Positions 49,963 to 61,700 of a stretch of 64,000 nt of DNA are shown here, piece by piece. The stretch's first letter is position 1. The number at the start of each line of letters is the position of its first letter. Made by a program: the position numbers and the translations under genes. This DNA comes from Sphyrna mokarran (Eukaryota), in contig JAGIQG010000006.1 in the NCBI GenBank assembly GCA_024679065.1, forward strand, positions 124,124,001 through 124,188,000, in the 5' to 3' direction. The notes under the pieces were generated by a model. It did not search any database. It was not told where the DNA came from and saw nothing but the letters and a program-made list of their open reading frames with translations.

Positions 49963-50924
49963 ATTTATCATTTATGCCTTTTATTTCAAATAAAGAGGAA
50001 ATCAAACACTTTTGTAGTTGATTTTTGGACCAAAAATTGACAACCCCACTGGTTGGGTAAATCTAACTAGACACCCACGTAAATCATATAAAAATAATTT
50101 GGATGAATGATGCCAGCTGTCTTTTGTTTTAAGAGTGCATCAGCAACCTCTCATGGCAGGAACTCAGTACTGCAATTGATTTCCCCCAAAATCATGGACA
50201 GTATTTATTTTAGCCATGTTGATTAATTCAGGTCAACTCTGGAAGTACTGAATCTGGCATTGTTGTCAAGCCCTGCAGCACGCAATGCTGCAAGTAAATT
50301 AAAACTTGGTTAAAAAAAACAAACCTTTATTTACGAACTGAATCATAGCAGATTAGGCAGTCACTTAAAGAATCCGTTCAAATCAAGAGCAGCTCAAATA
50401 TTTTAAACAGTCATATTTATTGTGTCACTCCCCCTCGTTTCAAGTTATCCTCCTTTGGGCTGACTTGATTTGTTTTCCCACTCATTTCCTAGCATTCAAT
50501 CACGCTGTACTTGAAGCCACTGATTTTGGCATTAATTTCTCCCTCGCTGTGCTTATCGCCGCCTCCTCCTCCCACTCCTCTCCTGATGGACCAATGTGCC
50601 CTATAATTTTTGTATTTAATGTCTGGGTGATATGTTTACGTGTGTGCTCTCTAAAATTTTCTCTTTTTTTGCCTGGCCGTGTGTGGGAACTATAGGGCTG
50701 CTGTGTGGCCTAGAAGAAAGAATGTGAGGGGCTAGTAAAGATTCACTGCATAGGAAATCATGGACCTTAACCCTCATCTTTGCACTCGAGTATTTTGTAT
50801 TCCATCGACAGGTTTACTCAGTTTTCTGACTTGTAAAACACTTGTGCATTGATCCATCTGGCAGTAGGATTGCAGTTAAACTGCGTTTCACACAAGAGGT
50901 ACTTTGAAGAGGGTACCATGGTCA

Positions 50925-51060
50925 AAGGCTGTGACAAAAGGTCACCTGGACTCAAAACGTCAGCTCTTTTCTCTTCTTACAGATGCTGCCATATCTGCTG
51001 AGATTTTCCAACAATTTTATCTTTTGGTTTCAGATTCCAGCATCAATGTTTTGCTTATTT
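50925..51060 (+). mobile_element. PLE-type terminal fragment
   Basis: Near-identical to 693-785 (AAACGTCAGCTCTTTT..ACAGATGCTGCC..GCTGAGATTTTCCA). Confidence 0.6.
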
Positions 51061-51154
51061 TACCCCTAATGATTCATTAAAAATATGTGCGCACATATTA
51101 TACGCACAGATGTCTATAAATGCACACTTATATAAAATCTACATTAGAACTTAC

Positions 51155-51240
51155 ACTAAGCAGATGTGATGAACAAACTGCAAGGCAAGTCCTCTCAATT
51201 TTGCATTTGTATTGGCACCAAACAGTCCATCATACACCAC
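51155..51240 (-). CDS. ECPAS: ECPAS exon 6 of window
   Basis: acag|GTG..GT|gtaagt; [28 protein letters not shown]. Confidence 0.95.
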
Positions 51241-51519
51241 CTGTGAAAACAAGCCTGTGAATCAGCACTATTTTAAATAGATCTACATCCTCACACGAAC
51301 AATTAACTGTTCGGATTACTTACAAGTCAAATTAAACTCCCAGTTAGACAACATTTACTTTGGTTTGAACAGTTTACAAAGCTAAAGTGTAATTTCTACA
51401 TTTGCACTGTTACCAAGGATCCTCACAGTCTAGCTATGAACTCTGGAATATTAGGAGGTGTGCTGTACAGTAATAAGAATGAAAAAAATAGGCATTGGGT
51501 CGATAAATTCCCAGAAATA

Positions 51520-51856
51520 CCATAAAATCATAGAACCCTGCAGTGCAGAAAAGAGGCCCTTCGACCCATCGAGTCTGCATCGACCACAATCCCACCCAGG
51601 CCCTACCCCCGTGGGATACAGGGGTAGGCCCTGCTAATCCCTTTAACCTACACATCTCAGGACAGTAAGGGGCAATTTTTAGCATGGCCAATCAACCTAA
51701 CCCTCACATATTTGGACTGTGGGAGGAAACCGGAGTACCCAGAAGACATGAAGAGAATGTGCAAACTCTACACACACAGTGACCTGAGCCGGGAATCAAA
51801 CCCAGGTCCCTGGAGCTGTGAAGCAGCAATGCTAACCACTGTGCTACCGTGCCGTC
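51520..51856 (-). mobile_element. HE1-like SINE, tail A
   Basis: Consensus match. Confidence 0.85.
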
Positions 51857-52124
51857 ATGCTGCAGGTTTCAAACAAACATTCAAAGATGTTAACTCAAAG
51901 GTCTAATGAATAATACTCACACAGGGCTTCAATACTTCCAATTTTTTAAATAAATATTTTAGGGTTTGTCAATGTAGCCCTGTTCATGGTTATGAGTATG
52001 GAGTCATTACATCTTACAATGCAAATCACTTCACAGTCCAAAGTCACTGTCTTGGGTTGCCTGCATTTAGTTTTGTTCCTCCTCACTCCCAGCTCCATTC
52101 CCCTCACTAATCATCAAAATTTTA

Positions 52125-52293
52125 AAGATTATAGAGTACTACAATGCAAAAAGAGGCCATCCCACTCAGGCCTTATTCCCGCAATCCCACACATTTACCT
52201 TGCTAATCCCCTGTCACTAGGGTCAATTTAGAGGTCAGAATTGAACCTAGGACGTTGGTGCTGTGAGGCAGCAGTGCTAACTGCCGTGCCACC
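52125..52293 (-). mobile_element. HE1-like SINE, tail A (V-domain deleted)
   Basis: Head joined directly to tail. Confidence 0.7.
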
Positions 52294-52504
52294 CCAAGCG
52301 TTCAAAGATTAAATGAGCGATTCTTGGTAAACAGGCAACAACATCAATAAGAACAATTTCAATATATTTGCTGCAAAGGATTTCCCTACTCTGAAGTACA
52401 TAGAACTCCACCGAAGAATTCTGCATATAAGAAATAGGAAGCAGGAGATTAGACCATTTGACCCATCAATTTTGAAAATGGAGAATCTTCCCTCACATCA
52501 GTGT

Positions 52505-52782
52505 GGGCAGCATGGTGGCACAATGATTAGCACTGCTGCCTCACAGCATCAGGGAACCAGTTCGATTCATAGCTTAGATCACCATCTGCATGGAGTCTGC
52601 ACATTCTCCCTGCGTCTGTGTGGCTTTCCTCCAGGTGCTCTGGTTCCTTGCAGTCTGAAAGATGTGCTGGTCAGGTGCATTGACCTGAACAGGCGCCAAA
52701 GTGTGGCGACTAGGGGAATTTCACTTCATTGCAGTGTTAATGTAAGCCTTACTTGTGACTCATAAATAAACTTTAACTTTAT
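52505..52782 (+). mobile_element. HE1-like SINE, tail B
   Basis: Consensus match. Confidence 0.85.
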
Positions 52783-53007
52783 TTGTATGTTGTAAGAAAG
52801 TTAATTCACTCAAATGCTTTTTCCCTTCATAGTTTCATATGAATCTTGTTGCTCTGTTGGAGGGGATGGAATTCTCTGTTTAAATTGGGGGAGGGGGTAT
52901 CCAACAAAACAGATCAATTGTAAATGCCCTTTAAAAAGTCTCACAAAAGAAAATGTAAATGCTTGGGTGGCACTAAATCAATTTAAATATAAAATAGCAA
53001 TCATAAA

Positions 53008-53335
53008 TGGCAGCACAGTGACTAGCATTGCTGTCTCATAGCACCAGGGATCCAGATTCAATTTCGGTTTGGGGAGGGGGGGAGGGGGTGGTGGTGGTGG
53101 TGGTGATGATGGTGTGGCAGCGGCACACTGCTTGGAGTTTGCATGTTTTCCCCATGTCTACGGGGGTTTCCTCTTTCCAGTTTCCTCCCACAGTCTAAAG
53201 CTATGCAGCTTCGGTGGAGTAGCCATGGCAAACGTGCAGGCTTACAAGGGGAGGGCCTGAGTAGGCTGCTCTTTCAGAGAGTTGATGTAGACTCAACGGA
53301 CTGAATGGCCTCTTTCTGCACTGTAAAGATTCTGG
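53008..53335 (+). mobile_element. HE1-like SINE, tail A, with internal G/(GGT)n expansion
   Basis: Consensus match interrupted by a G-rich tract at 53070-53115. Confidence 0.75.
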
Positions 53336-53496
53336 GGTACTATAAATAATGAATCTGGAAAAATTCATGTTTGGATTCAGTTGTATTATAATTCAACACA
53401 TGTCCAAGACTGAACTTAAACATTCATAAAGAAGAGTTGTAGTTTGTATGGAAGTTGTCCAATTTGATAATAGTGATAATAGTAATTAGTCCTTAC

Positions 53497-53616
53497 CTGT
53501 ATGCTGGCTGGGAATGTCTCTGCAGCTTGTTTAGACCGTAATAAGTGAGGGAGAATTTTCAGTTTAACCCTGGTGCTAACTGGCTCCCGTTTTAGTTCAG
53601 GTTTCAGCGCTGCTCC
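53497..53616 (-). CDS. ECPAS: ECPAS exon 5 of window
   Basis: gcag|GGA..CAG|gtaagg; [40 protein letters not shown]. Confidence 0.95.
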
Positions 53617-53674
53617 CTGCAAAAGATTAGCATGCATCTCTATTAAAGTAACTAGAACTGTAAAATCAAACAAG

Positions 53675-53912
53675 ACATGGAGATGCCGGTGTTGGTCAAG
53701 GGTAAACACAGTAAGTCTCACAACATCAGGTTAAAGTCCTACAGGTTTATTTGGTAGCAAACACCACCAGCTTTTGGAGCGCTTGCTGCTCCTTCTACGT
53801 ATGCTCCTACTATGTCTTCATCACTCACCTGACGAAAGAGCAGCAAAAGGTCTGAAAGCTAGTGGTATTTGCTACCAAATAAACCAGTTGGACTTTAACC
53901 TGGTATTGTAAG
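53675..53912. mobile_element. Fold-back Penelope-derived element, copy 3, 12-bp TSD
   Basis: Inverted arms; AAATCAAACAAG at 53663-53674 and 53913-53924; hammerhead core at 53825-53865 (+). Confidence 0.8.
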
Positions 53913-54445
53913 AAATCAAACAAGCACAGGCAAGTCTTGTAACGGGAGAAACGCAGCTTCCATAAATAAGTTTTAATGATTATACTGTCATCTGAGCCCT
54001 GAAACAAGAGATTTCTTACGAAATGTTGGATATATATCTTAACAGCACAGAAGGTCAGAGATAAGTTAACTGATCTGAGCTTGGGTGGCAGAAGATGGGA
54101 CTTTTTTTTTTAAACAAGAATTCCTATCCTCTGCTTGGATGCTGATATATAATTCTCCCTTCCAATGATTTGCCAATCCGTGTTTGTGTCCTGAACTCAA
54201 GATTTACAAACATAATTTCTGACAAATGGGCCATTCGTCAGTGACCAAGATCTGGAATCCAGATTGCTTACGTCTTCTTGAAAACAACTGTGGGATCCCT
54301 TCTGCCATCCAAGCTTAATTTAGGGCAGACCAAACCAAAATGATACATCTCAAAAATTTGCATTTATGTTCTGATCCAGTGGAAAAGGTGCACTGGGGGT
54401 GCTTGGGATTCAGGAAAAATAAAGCAGTCAACTAAACAAATGTAC

Positions 54446-54527
54446 CTCTTTTGTTTTCAGTGGTATGTCTCCCAGGTAAATCTTGTAGAGCTTATTGACA
54501 ATAATAGGATTGTTCCAGTCAATTATA
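54446..54527 (-). CDS. ECPAS: ECPAS exon 4 of window
   Basis: acag|T..GAG|gtac; [27 protein letters not shown]. Confidence 0.95.
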
Positions 54528-54984
54528 CTGTGAAAACATTAAAGAGTTATTTTTCATTCTGCACAAACTATTTTTCAGCAATTTCTAACACGGCATTAAA
54601 AAAAATCATGGTAAGTTCAACCAGACGTCAGTGCAGAACTTGAAAGAACTGAAATAAAATTATCTCTGGCTGTGTGGATTAATGCATTAACTGCAGTGAA
54701 CACAAAAGTATGCTTTGATATTATTAAACAAACTATGCTTTCCCTCTTAAAATAATTTAATAAAAAGGGTTACTTGCAGTTAAAGAAAGTAATGGCAGAA
54801 AACTAAACAACATTAAGACCGTGATGTAGTTAACTTCTCAGCTGCAGTTTATATTGCTGCACACAGCTGACACATTTGTAAATTGTTTGCATGAGTTCAC
54901 AGCAATGTGACACACTGCCTCACAGAGCAACAAATTGAAAGACGGTTCTCCACATGTTGAATGACTGAACTCAACGTTTTTGAC

Positions 54985-55280
54985 ACTCATTCTGACCTGC
55001 TGAACATCTCTGATTTCCATCTCTCCACCACTGATAGTCATGCCTCGGGTTATCTAGGGCCTGACCTCTGGAATCTCCTTCATAAATCTCTCTGCCTCTC
55101 CACATCTCTCCTCCTTCAAAACACTCCTTTAACCGCTCTCTTTGATCAAGCTTTTGGTCACTCATCTTCATATCTCCTTATATAACTCAGTGTCAAAATT
55201 GTGTTTGATAACATGCCTGCAAAGTATGAACCCTTGAATGGTTTTGCTATATTGAAGGTGATATACAAACACAAGCTGTT
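54985..55280 (+). mobile_element. L2-like LINE 3' end
   Basis: CTCTGGAATCTCCTTCATAAATCTCTCTGCCTCTCC..TTCAAAACACTCCTTAA..TTTGATCAAGCTTTTGG, typical of L2 3' ends. Confidence 0.5.
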
Positions 55281-55374
55281 TTGTTTGCAAAAGCCAAGAG
55301 AGGACTACATGGCTTCCCAGAGACAGGTCAAAATTGGGACAGAGTGTATAATAAGCCACAGTAGTGCCGCAGGT

Positions 55375-55655
55375 GAACACTAGCACAGTGATTAGCATTG
55401 CTGCTTCACAGCTCTGGGTTCAATTCTCGAGTTGGGTCACTGTCATATACTGAGTCCACATGTTCTTTCCGTGTCTACATCGGTTTCCTCCTACAGTCTG
55501 GAAGACGTGCTGGTTAAGTGCATTGGCTGTGTTAAATTCTCCCTCAGTGTACCTGACCAGGCGTCAGAGTGTAGCGACTAGGGGATTTTCACAGTAACTT
55601 AATTGCAGTGTTAATGTAAGCCTACTTGAGACGATTATAAATAAACTTTAAACTT
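55375..55655 (+). mobile_element. HE1-like SINE, tail B
   Basis: Consensus match. Confidence 0.85.
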
Positions 55656-56274
55656 GAAGCACAAATTTCCTATCACTGCTTCATGTTCCATTGGAAGGAG
55701 CTTCTTCAAATGCAGTTAATGAAAATATAAAACTTATTCCAAGTTATAAATAAAGATAGAGTTTAATAAAGAAAAATCATTACTCTCACCCTAGGCAACT
55801 CCAAGCTCTCCACAATTCCAAAGTGGTTCTTAAATTATAGTGGGTCAGCTGACTATTACATCACTCTGTAACTGGTTCCATGGTTTATGGATCAACTGAC
55901 CCTTATATCTATTCCCATTGGTTACATTACATCCAATACAAAGTTGTCACCGGTTACTTTCTAACACTTCAGACAGATTGATCCACTAAGAAGCTTTTAT
56001 TAAAACAAGTATTTATTTAAAAGAATCTTTATTTAAGAACACAGTAAGACTATAGCAAAAAAAAGTATAATTTTTACCAATTAAAATACTTAAACATAAC
56101 AAAGTATAATTCTTAACAGCTATCCATATCTATAGTTTCAATTTAAGCAATATCCCCACGGGCTTACATCCTTCAGAACCAATTAGCACCAAAAGTGCTC
56201 ATGTGTTAGAATTTTAATAGTTTCAATTAGATCCCCTCTTATTTTTCTGAATTAGTGGATATGGACCTATTTAA

Positions 56275-56572
56275 TTATTTATTTATTATCCCAAATAGGC
56301 TTACATTAACACTGCAATGAAGTTACTGTAAAAATTCCTTAGTCACCACACTCTGGTGCCTGTTCAGGTACACTGAGCAGAATTTAGCATGGCCAATGCA
56401 CCCTAGTCAGTATGCCTTTCGGTCTCTGGGAAGAAACTAGAGCACCTGGAGGAAACCAAACTAACAGGAGGCGGATGTGCAGACTCTGCTGAGACAGTGA
56501 TTCAAGCCAGGAATCAAACCTAGGTCCCTGGTGCTGTGAGGTAGCGGTGCTAACCACTGTGCCACCATGCTA
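56275..56572 (-). mobile_element. HE1-like SINE, tail B
   Basis: Consensus match. Confidence 0.85.
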
Positions 56573-56801
56573 GTCAGCCCGATCAATATTAATACGATAA
56601 TGCACCATCCCAGGAATAAATCTGGCAAACCCTAATTTGCAACACATTATAAAATAACATACATGATCTTCATAAGATTTGGAGCAGAATTAAACCATTT
56701 GGTCCTTCAGTCTTAATTAAAATCTTTCATTACTATCAAAATAAGTTACGTAAACATGAAGTCCGCAAATTGGCTGATAGTAAGTATAGTCTAATTCTTA
56801 C

Positions 56802-56941
56802 CTTTGCATACTTTTCACCTCCATATCAGCAGCAGTTGCCACGCTGTGCCGAGTGTCACTCGATGCTACCACCAGGTGAACAATTGCTTCATTTTCCGGT
56901 ATATGCTCCGCTTCAATGAATTTCACAATTCCTAATTTGCA
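56802..56941 (-). CDS. ECPAS: ECPAS exon 3 of window
   Basis: acag|TGC..AG|gtaaga; [46 protein letters not shown]. Confidence 0.95.
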
Positions 56942-57664
56942 CTGTTTTCAGATATTAATTATGATCAATATGCAAGCTAGTTTTCTTCCCATCCCCAAAA
57001 TAACCATTAAAATTACCAGGGTATCAATTTTATCAGCAAGTGTTGACATACTGGGCTGATTATAAAACGATGTTTCACATCCATAATCAACATTACACAA
57101 TTAAGATGCTATTCTCAACTTGCAGCATTCTGATGTGCAGAATCTGAACCTTTTCAGATTCCTTCTTTTCGTTCAGGTGGGCTTAATTACGAAAATTATT
57201 TTAATTTCACACATTATAATTTTAAATACGTTTATGCACCCGCCATCCCTCTCAAACTTGAACCTGCTCCCACCCCATGAAAAGGTCAAAAATAAATCTG
57301 ATTCCTGTCTGTTCACTACCCACTCCTGGGACCTGCCCTCAGGCTCAATAATTGAAATAATTAAATAAACATACGTATATAATGTGGTGAAAGCCCGTAC
57401 ATATTTTAAAATAACATTGTAATATAACATTAAAAGTTTGAAGCCTCAGAAACTTCCTATCCGTAATACTGAAGTTATTCCTGTCACGCTTGGTGTCAAT
57501 ATCCTACCCCTTCATTTCCATCATTATAATGACTATAATGACTGTGTCAGATATAATCACATCTACTTCTACCTATAATTACATTGTGATATAATCATAT
57601 TCTGTGAAACTCTATGTGTTCATGAATTATTCTAAATTTATAAATGAATATTCAATAACACAGA

Positions 57665-58080
57665 ACTAAGATACTGTGGACGCTGGAAATCTTAAATATA
57701 AACAGAAAATGCTGGATAAACTCAGCAGATCTGGCGGCATTATGAAGGGAGAAACACAGTTAACGTTTTGAGTTTGTATGACCCTACTACAGAACTGTGA
57801 TAGAAATGTGATACATTATGTATTTGAAAGGGGAGTGGCCAGAGTGGAAAGTCAGGAATAGATCGGAGTTAAGGAGAAACTGATAAAGATGTCATGAACA
57901 TGAGACAAAGGGAATGTTAATGATGCCATTAGGGACTGAAGAGCATTAATAGGAGAACAAAGGTCAGTGCAAACAAAACTAAATAACAAGGGACAGTGGC
58001 CCTGTGGGGAAGGGGTGTTGGGACTAGCCAGGAGAACAGAGTAACAGAAAACAAAAGTGGCGAGGGCAAAAAAGGGAAAG
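57665..58080 (-). mobile_element. PLE-type 3' region relic
   Basis: Reverse complement is a pyrimidine-rich tract followed by the same terminal block (AAACGTTAACTGTG..GCCAGATCTGCTGAG). Confidence 0.55.
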
Positions 58081-58118
58081 TTCTTACAGCAAGACTCATA
58101 GCAATAGGCCATTTGTAG

Positions 58119-58545
58119 TTGTGGTGGTTTAGTGGGGATGCTACTGGACTCATCATCCAGAAGCCTGGACTAATGATCTGGAAGCATGAGTTCAAATCCC
58201 ATGATGGCAGTTGGGGAATTTATATTCAATTAATGAAAAAATTACATCTGGTATCAAAAGTTAACATTGATAACAATCACAATGTTATTACTGTACTGTT
58301 ACAAAACCCATTCGATTCACTAATGTCCTTTGGGGAAGGAAATCTGCTGCCCTTACAAAGTCTGACTGATAGTAATTCCATTCCAAAAATAATGTGTCTT
58401 AACTGCCCTCTATAAAGGCCCAACAAGCCACTCAGTTGAATTCAAGAAGGCGACTCACTACTACCTTCCTGAGAGCAACTAACGGTGGGCAATAAATACT
58501 AGCCTCAATAATGACACCCATCATCCTACGAATGCATTTTTAAAA
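58119..58545 (+). mobile_element. tRNA-headed SINE sharing its tail with the 17688-type LINE (further fragments 6900-7015, 44035-44252)
   Basis: A-box-like TGGTTTAGTGG and B-box GAGTTCAAATC; tail GGGCAATAAATACTAGCC. Confidence 0.6.
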
Positions 58546-59574
58546 AGATGAATAGGGCCAGCAGTGTATATAATATTTCAGTGGTTGGTGGGGTAAATAC
58601 AACCTTCCATTGACGACATGGGAGTTTAAAAGGTTGCCTGGTATATGGTTGCTGTGTCACTCGTCATAAGTGTTAGCAGCAGCAGTGAAGTAATTTGAAG
58701 CTGGTTGCAAGTTATCCCGTCTGTAAGAGACCAGAAATGTCCTTTCTACAATTGCCAGATTTCACAAACCTATCCCCAACATGGTGGGAGGTAAGTGGCC
58801 AGACTGGCACAGCTGCAAGGTTTATATCTGAGCTTTCAGCTTTGGAACTAACTTTTACAAATATCATGCCTGTGCATTTATCTATTGTTGTGCAATATAA
58901 CGCTAAACAGTTCTGCAATTGAAATAGGGCTGAGAAAAGATGTGGATGTGTCGGGTTTGAAGAATGGCCACACTGAGTCAAAAGTCTCTTTTCAAAGGGA
59001 AAGGTGAGAAAAAAACCTTTTCTTGATTCCACTATCTAAACTTTTATTACACAAAATAAAAATGTAAATAGTCTGGAAGCAATTTTTAAACTTATCTCAC
59101 ATTTTTGTGTGCTTGGTCTCTTTTGAAATCATATATAAGTTTTAGAACTTTTCATTTATATTGAGCAGTTCCTGGAGATAGTTTTGATCAGAGCCTGACA
59201 CTGCACTGCAAGCAGGTTGCTCTAGTTAATGAATGTGTATCAGGAAGAAAAGGACAAAGAAAGAGTAACAAAGCCAGTATAGTTCCAGCAATGCTTACTT
59301 CATCAATCAGTTGCTCAATAGCACAGTTTGTAAACGCTTCTAGCAAGGACAAGCCACACGATGACAAGTGGAGGCATTATTTTGCTTTGGCAGAGCGAGC
59401 AGTTTTAGAGTGGGGTATGTAATTGATTTGTTTTCCAATTATAGCTCATATTACCTAATTTCGAATCATTCATCAACAATGTTGAAAGATTGGTTGCAAC
59501 GTGTTAATGAATGCCCTTTCATATTTCCAGAAGCCGATTCAATCTGTGCGCCGTCACTAATACAATTTCTGTAC

Positions 59575-59722
59575 CTGTTCCAGCTGTTCTGGTGTCCATG
59601 GGTTATCACCAACAACACGCTTGGCTGCATACGAACTCATACCCGGTGGTGGCTGACCACCACTGCTGACCCCTTGCTGTGGACTCTGGCTTGGACGATT
59701 TTGGGGCTCACTCAACACAAAC
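59575..59722 (-). CDS. ECPAS: ECPAS exon 2 of window
   Basis: ttag|G..CAG|gtac; [12 protein letters not shown]...[27 protein letters not shown]. Confidence 0.95.
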
Positions 59723-60609
59723 CTAAAACGAGAACCAGTTGTAAGATGCAACAAAAACTTACTTATTTTTTGCATGTTTGTTATAATATTTCTGGCTGAA
59801 AACCTAGGGAGGCCATGGCAACCCATTTAGATTCAGCAAGCCACCAGGCCACTTTACAGGATGCAAGGGCATTTATTGATTGCAAAAAGACAAATAATTT
59901 TTACCAACAGATTTCAAAGCTTGATTTTTCTAAAGCTTTTGCCTTATATCAGCACACACCTTGATTAATATTAGTGAAATAGCCTAACAAATTCAAATAA
60001 AGCTTGATTGTTTATTAAAGAAATCCCTCTAAGTCCCCCATCATATGCTGCGCAAAGTATGACTTTCACAGCACAAGTAAATCTACAATGTTTTGTGGGA
60101 GAAGGAGGAGATGTCTGATGACAGGCCAATTTTGAGAGAAATTGATCCCTTTAAAGGGTTCCGGCTCTGCAACACTCAGCATTAAAAGTATGTAATCCTC
60201 CTGCAGCAGAATTCTAACAATTGAGAGCATGTTTTTACATTGCTTTTTTCAATGGAACTGTATTGATAGAACTGAGAGACAATGATAGACATGTTCAAAA
60301 GTGGGATTAGTGCTCAGACTGTTCTATCTTGTTTCATGAATGAACTGGCTCCATGGACCAGTTGGGCCTGTTTCTGTGTTGCAAATTTGATGTGATTTCA
60401 ATTAAATCACTAGAATTGCTCGAATATTTAAGAGATGCAGGTTAAAGTATTTTTGTGGAAACTAAATGGGAAAGATAAATTGCATGGAGTAGAATGCTTG
60501 GTATTCTGGCTGTATCAGCATTATATTAACAAACTGGTACCTCTTCTAAATAATCTCCAGTTGGTAAACACATTTCAATTGGATGAAGGGAGAGCCTTTA
60601 TATACGTAC

Positions 60610-60759
60610 CCATAAGGCATCAACAGAACATCCAACATAAAGTCCAACAACTGCTGAACAATCTTTGGTTTCTCTCCCAAGTTGAAAATAGATATTCCTT
60701 TGGTTTTTTCTGGTGGATATTTCACATGATACAATGCTGGAATTAGCAACTGCATGAGG
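60610..60759 (-). CDS. ECPAS: ECPAS exon 1 of window
   Basis: ccag|C..GG|gtacgt; [18 protein letters not shown]...[14 protein letters not shown]. Confidence 0.95.
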
Positions 60760-61584
60760 CTGGAAGACAGAGCAAGGTTTTCATTTGATTTGCAAGTACA
60801 CAAAAGATACTTACTAAATTTTCCTTTCAAAGTGTAGCAAATTTGTTTAAAATTATATACTCAATGCAAAACCATTCAAAACTATTTTAAAAGTCTCTTT
60901 GAAAAATGTCAAAGATCTGGCAATACTGTTTAAAAGCTGCTTAAAATCTTGGAAAACTTGTAAATTGCCTGTTGTAATGCTAATAAACTATAACCTGGGT
61001 CACATTGATAAGCAGAGATTTTGAATTAATATGCAAAATTATAGAACTGCGAAAGTAAAAGCACTTTTAAAAAAAAAAATAAAATTGCAGGGAATCATGC
61101 CTGTACCTTATGACGCAAAGACTGCATCAGACACCACATTGTTCTAATGTCTAAGTAAATGACAGTTCAGAAGAGACATTAGGGAGTTGATATTTTGGAA
61201 TTTTGTAAACTTTTGGCTCTGGTAAAACTAATCTTATTAATGCACAAATGACAAACACAAATTTAGCTTGTGATAAATTAAGACAAACTATGTTTATAAT
61301 ATTGGACATCTATTAATATTCTGGTCTCCATACTATAAAAAGAACGTAGAGGCATTCGCAAAAGTGCAAAGCTGAGGGGCATGGATGACAGCAGAAATGA
61401 GATGTGACAACTATCAGGAAAAACTGAACAAGTTAAAACTTCTTTCTTTGTAAAACGGAAGATTTAGAATAGAGGTCTTTAAAAGTATGAATGGGTTGGA
61501 TAATTCAATATGGAGAATATATTCCCACTTATGTTGAATCCAAAGCAGAGGGAGATAAATACAAGTACAAATTACTGTGAATGC

Positions 61585-61700
61585 TGGGTTTCTGATGAAA
61601 GGTGATCAACATTTCATCATAACTCTTGTTTTTCTCGTCACAGACATTGCTGCCACCATAGACCTGCTGATTATTTTCAGCATTTTCTGTTTTTATTTCA
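61585..61700 (+). mobile_element. PLE-type terminal fragment
   Basis: TTCTGATGAAAGGTGATCAAC..GACCTGCTGATTATTTTCAGCATTTTCTGTTTTTATTTCAG. Confidence 0.5.

Larger units (their letters stand above)
7024..60759 (-). other. ECPAS: ECPAS/ECM29 gene, internal portion: 36 coding exons; 5' and 3' ends outside the window
   Basis: Spliced translation is collinear with vertebrate ECM29 as recalled ([49 protein letters not shown]); every intron GT-AG, phases compatible, no stops. Confidence 0.97.

Noticed and set aside
1796-56572. Recurrent 60-120 aa ORFs with motifs such as WLALLPHSARD, PVSSHSPK, NLAWPIHLT
   Set aside because: Incidental translations of HE1-like SINE copies, not a protein family.
20743-60746. 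Plus-strand ORFs such as 28352-28648, 32223-32459, 44278-44649, 59368-59799, 60435-60746
   Set aside because: Antisense shadows of ECPAS exons or random intronic ORFs with no recognisable protein signal.
7024-60759. Minor-spliceosome (U12) or non-canonical introns
   Set aside because: All 36 donors are GT without the GTATCCT signature; all acceptors are AG.
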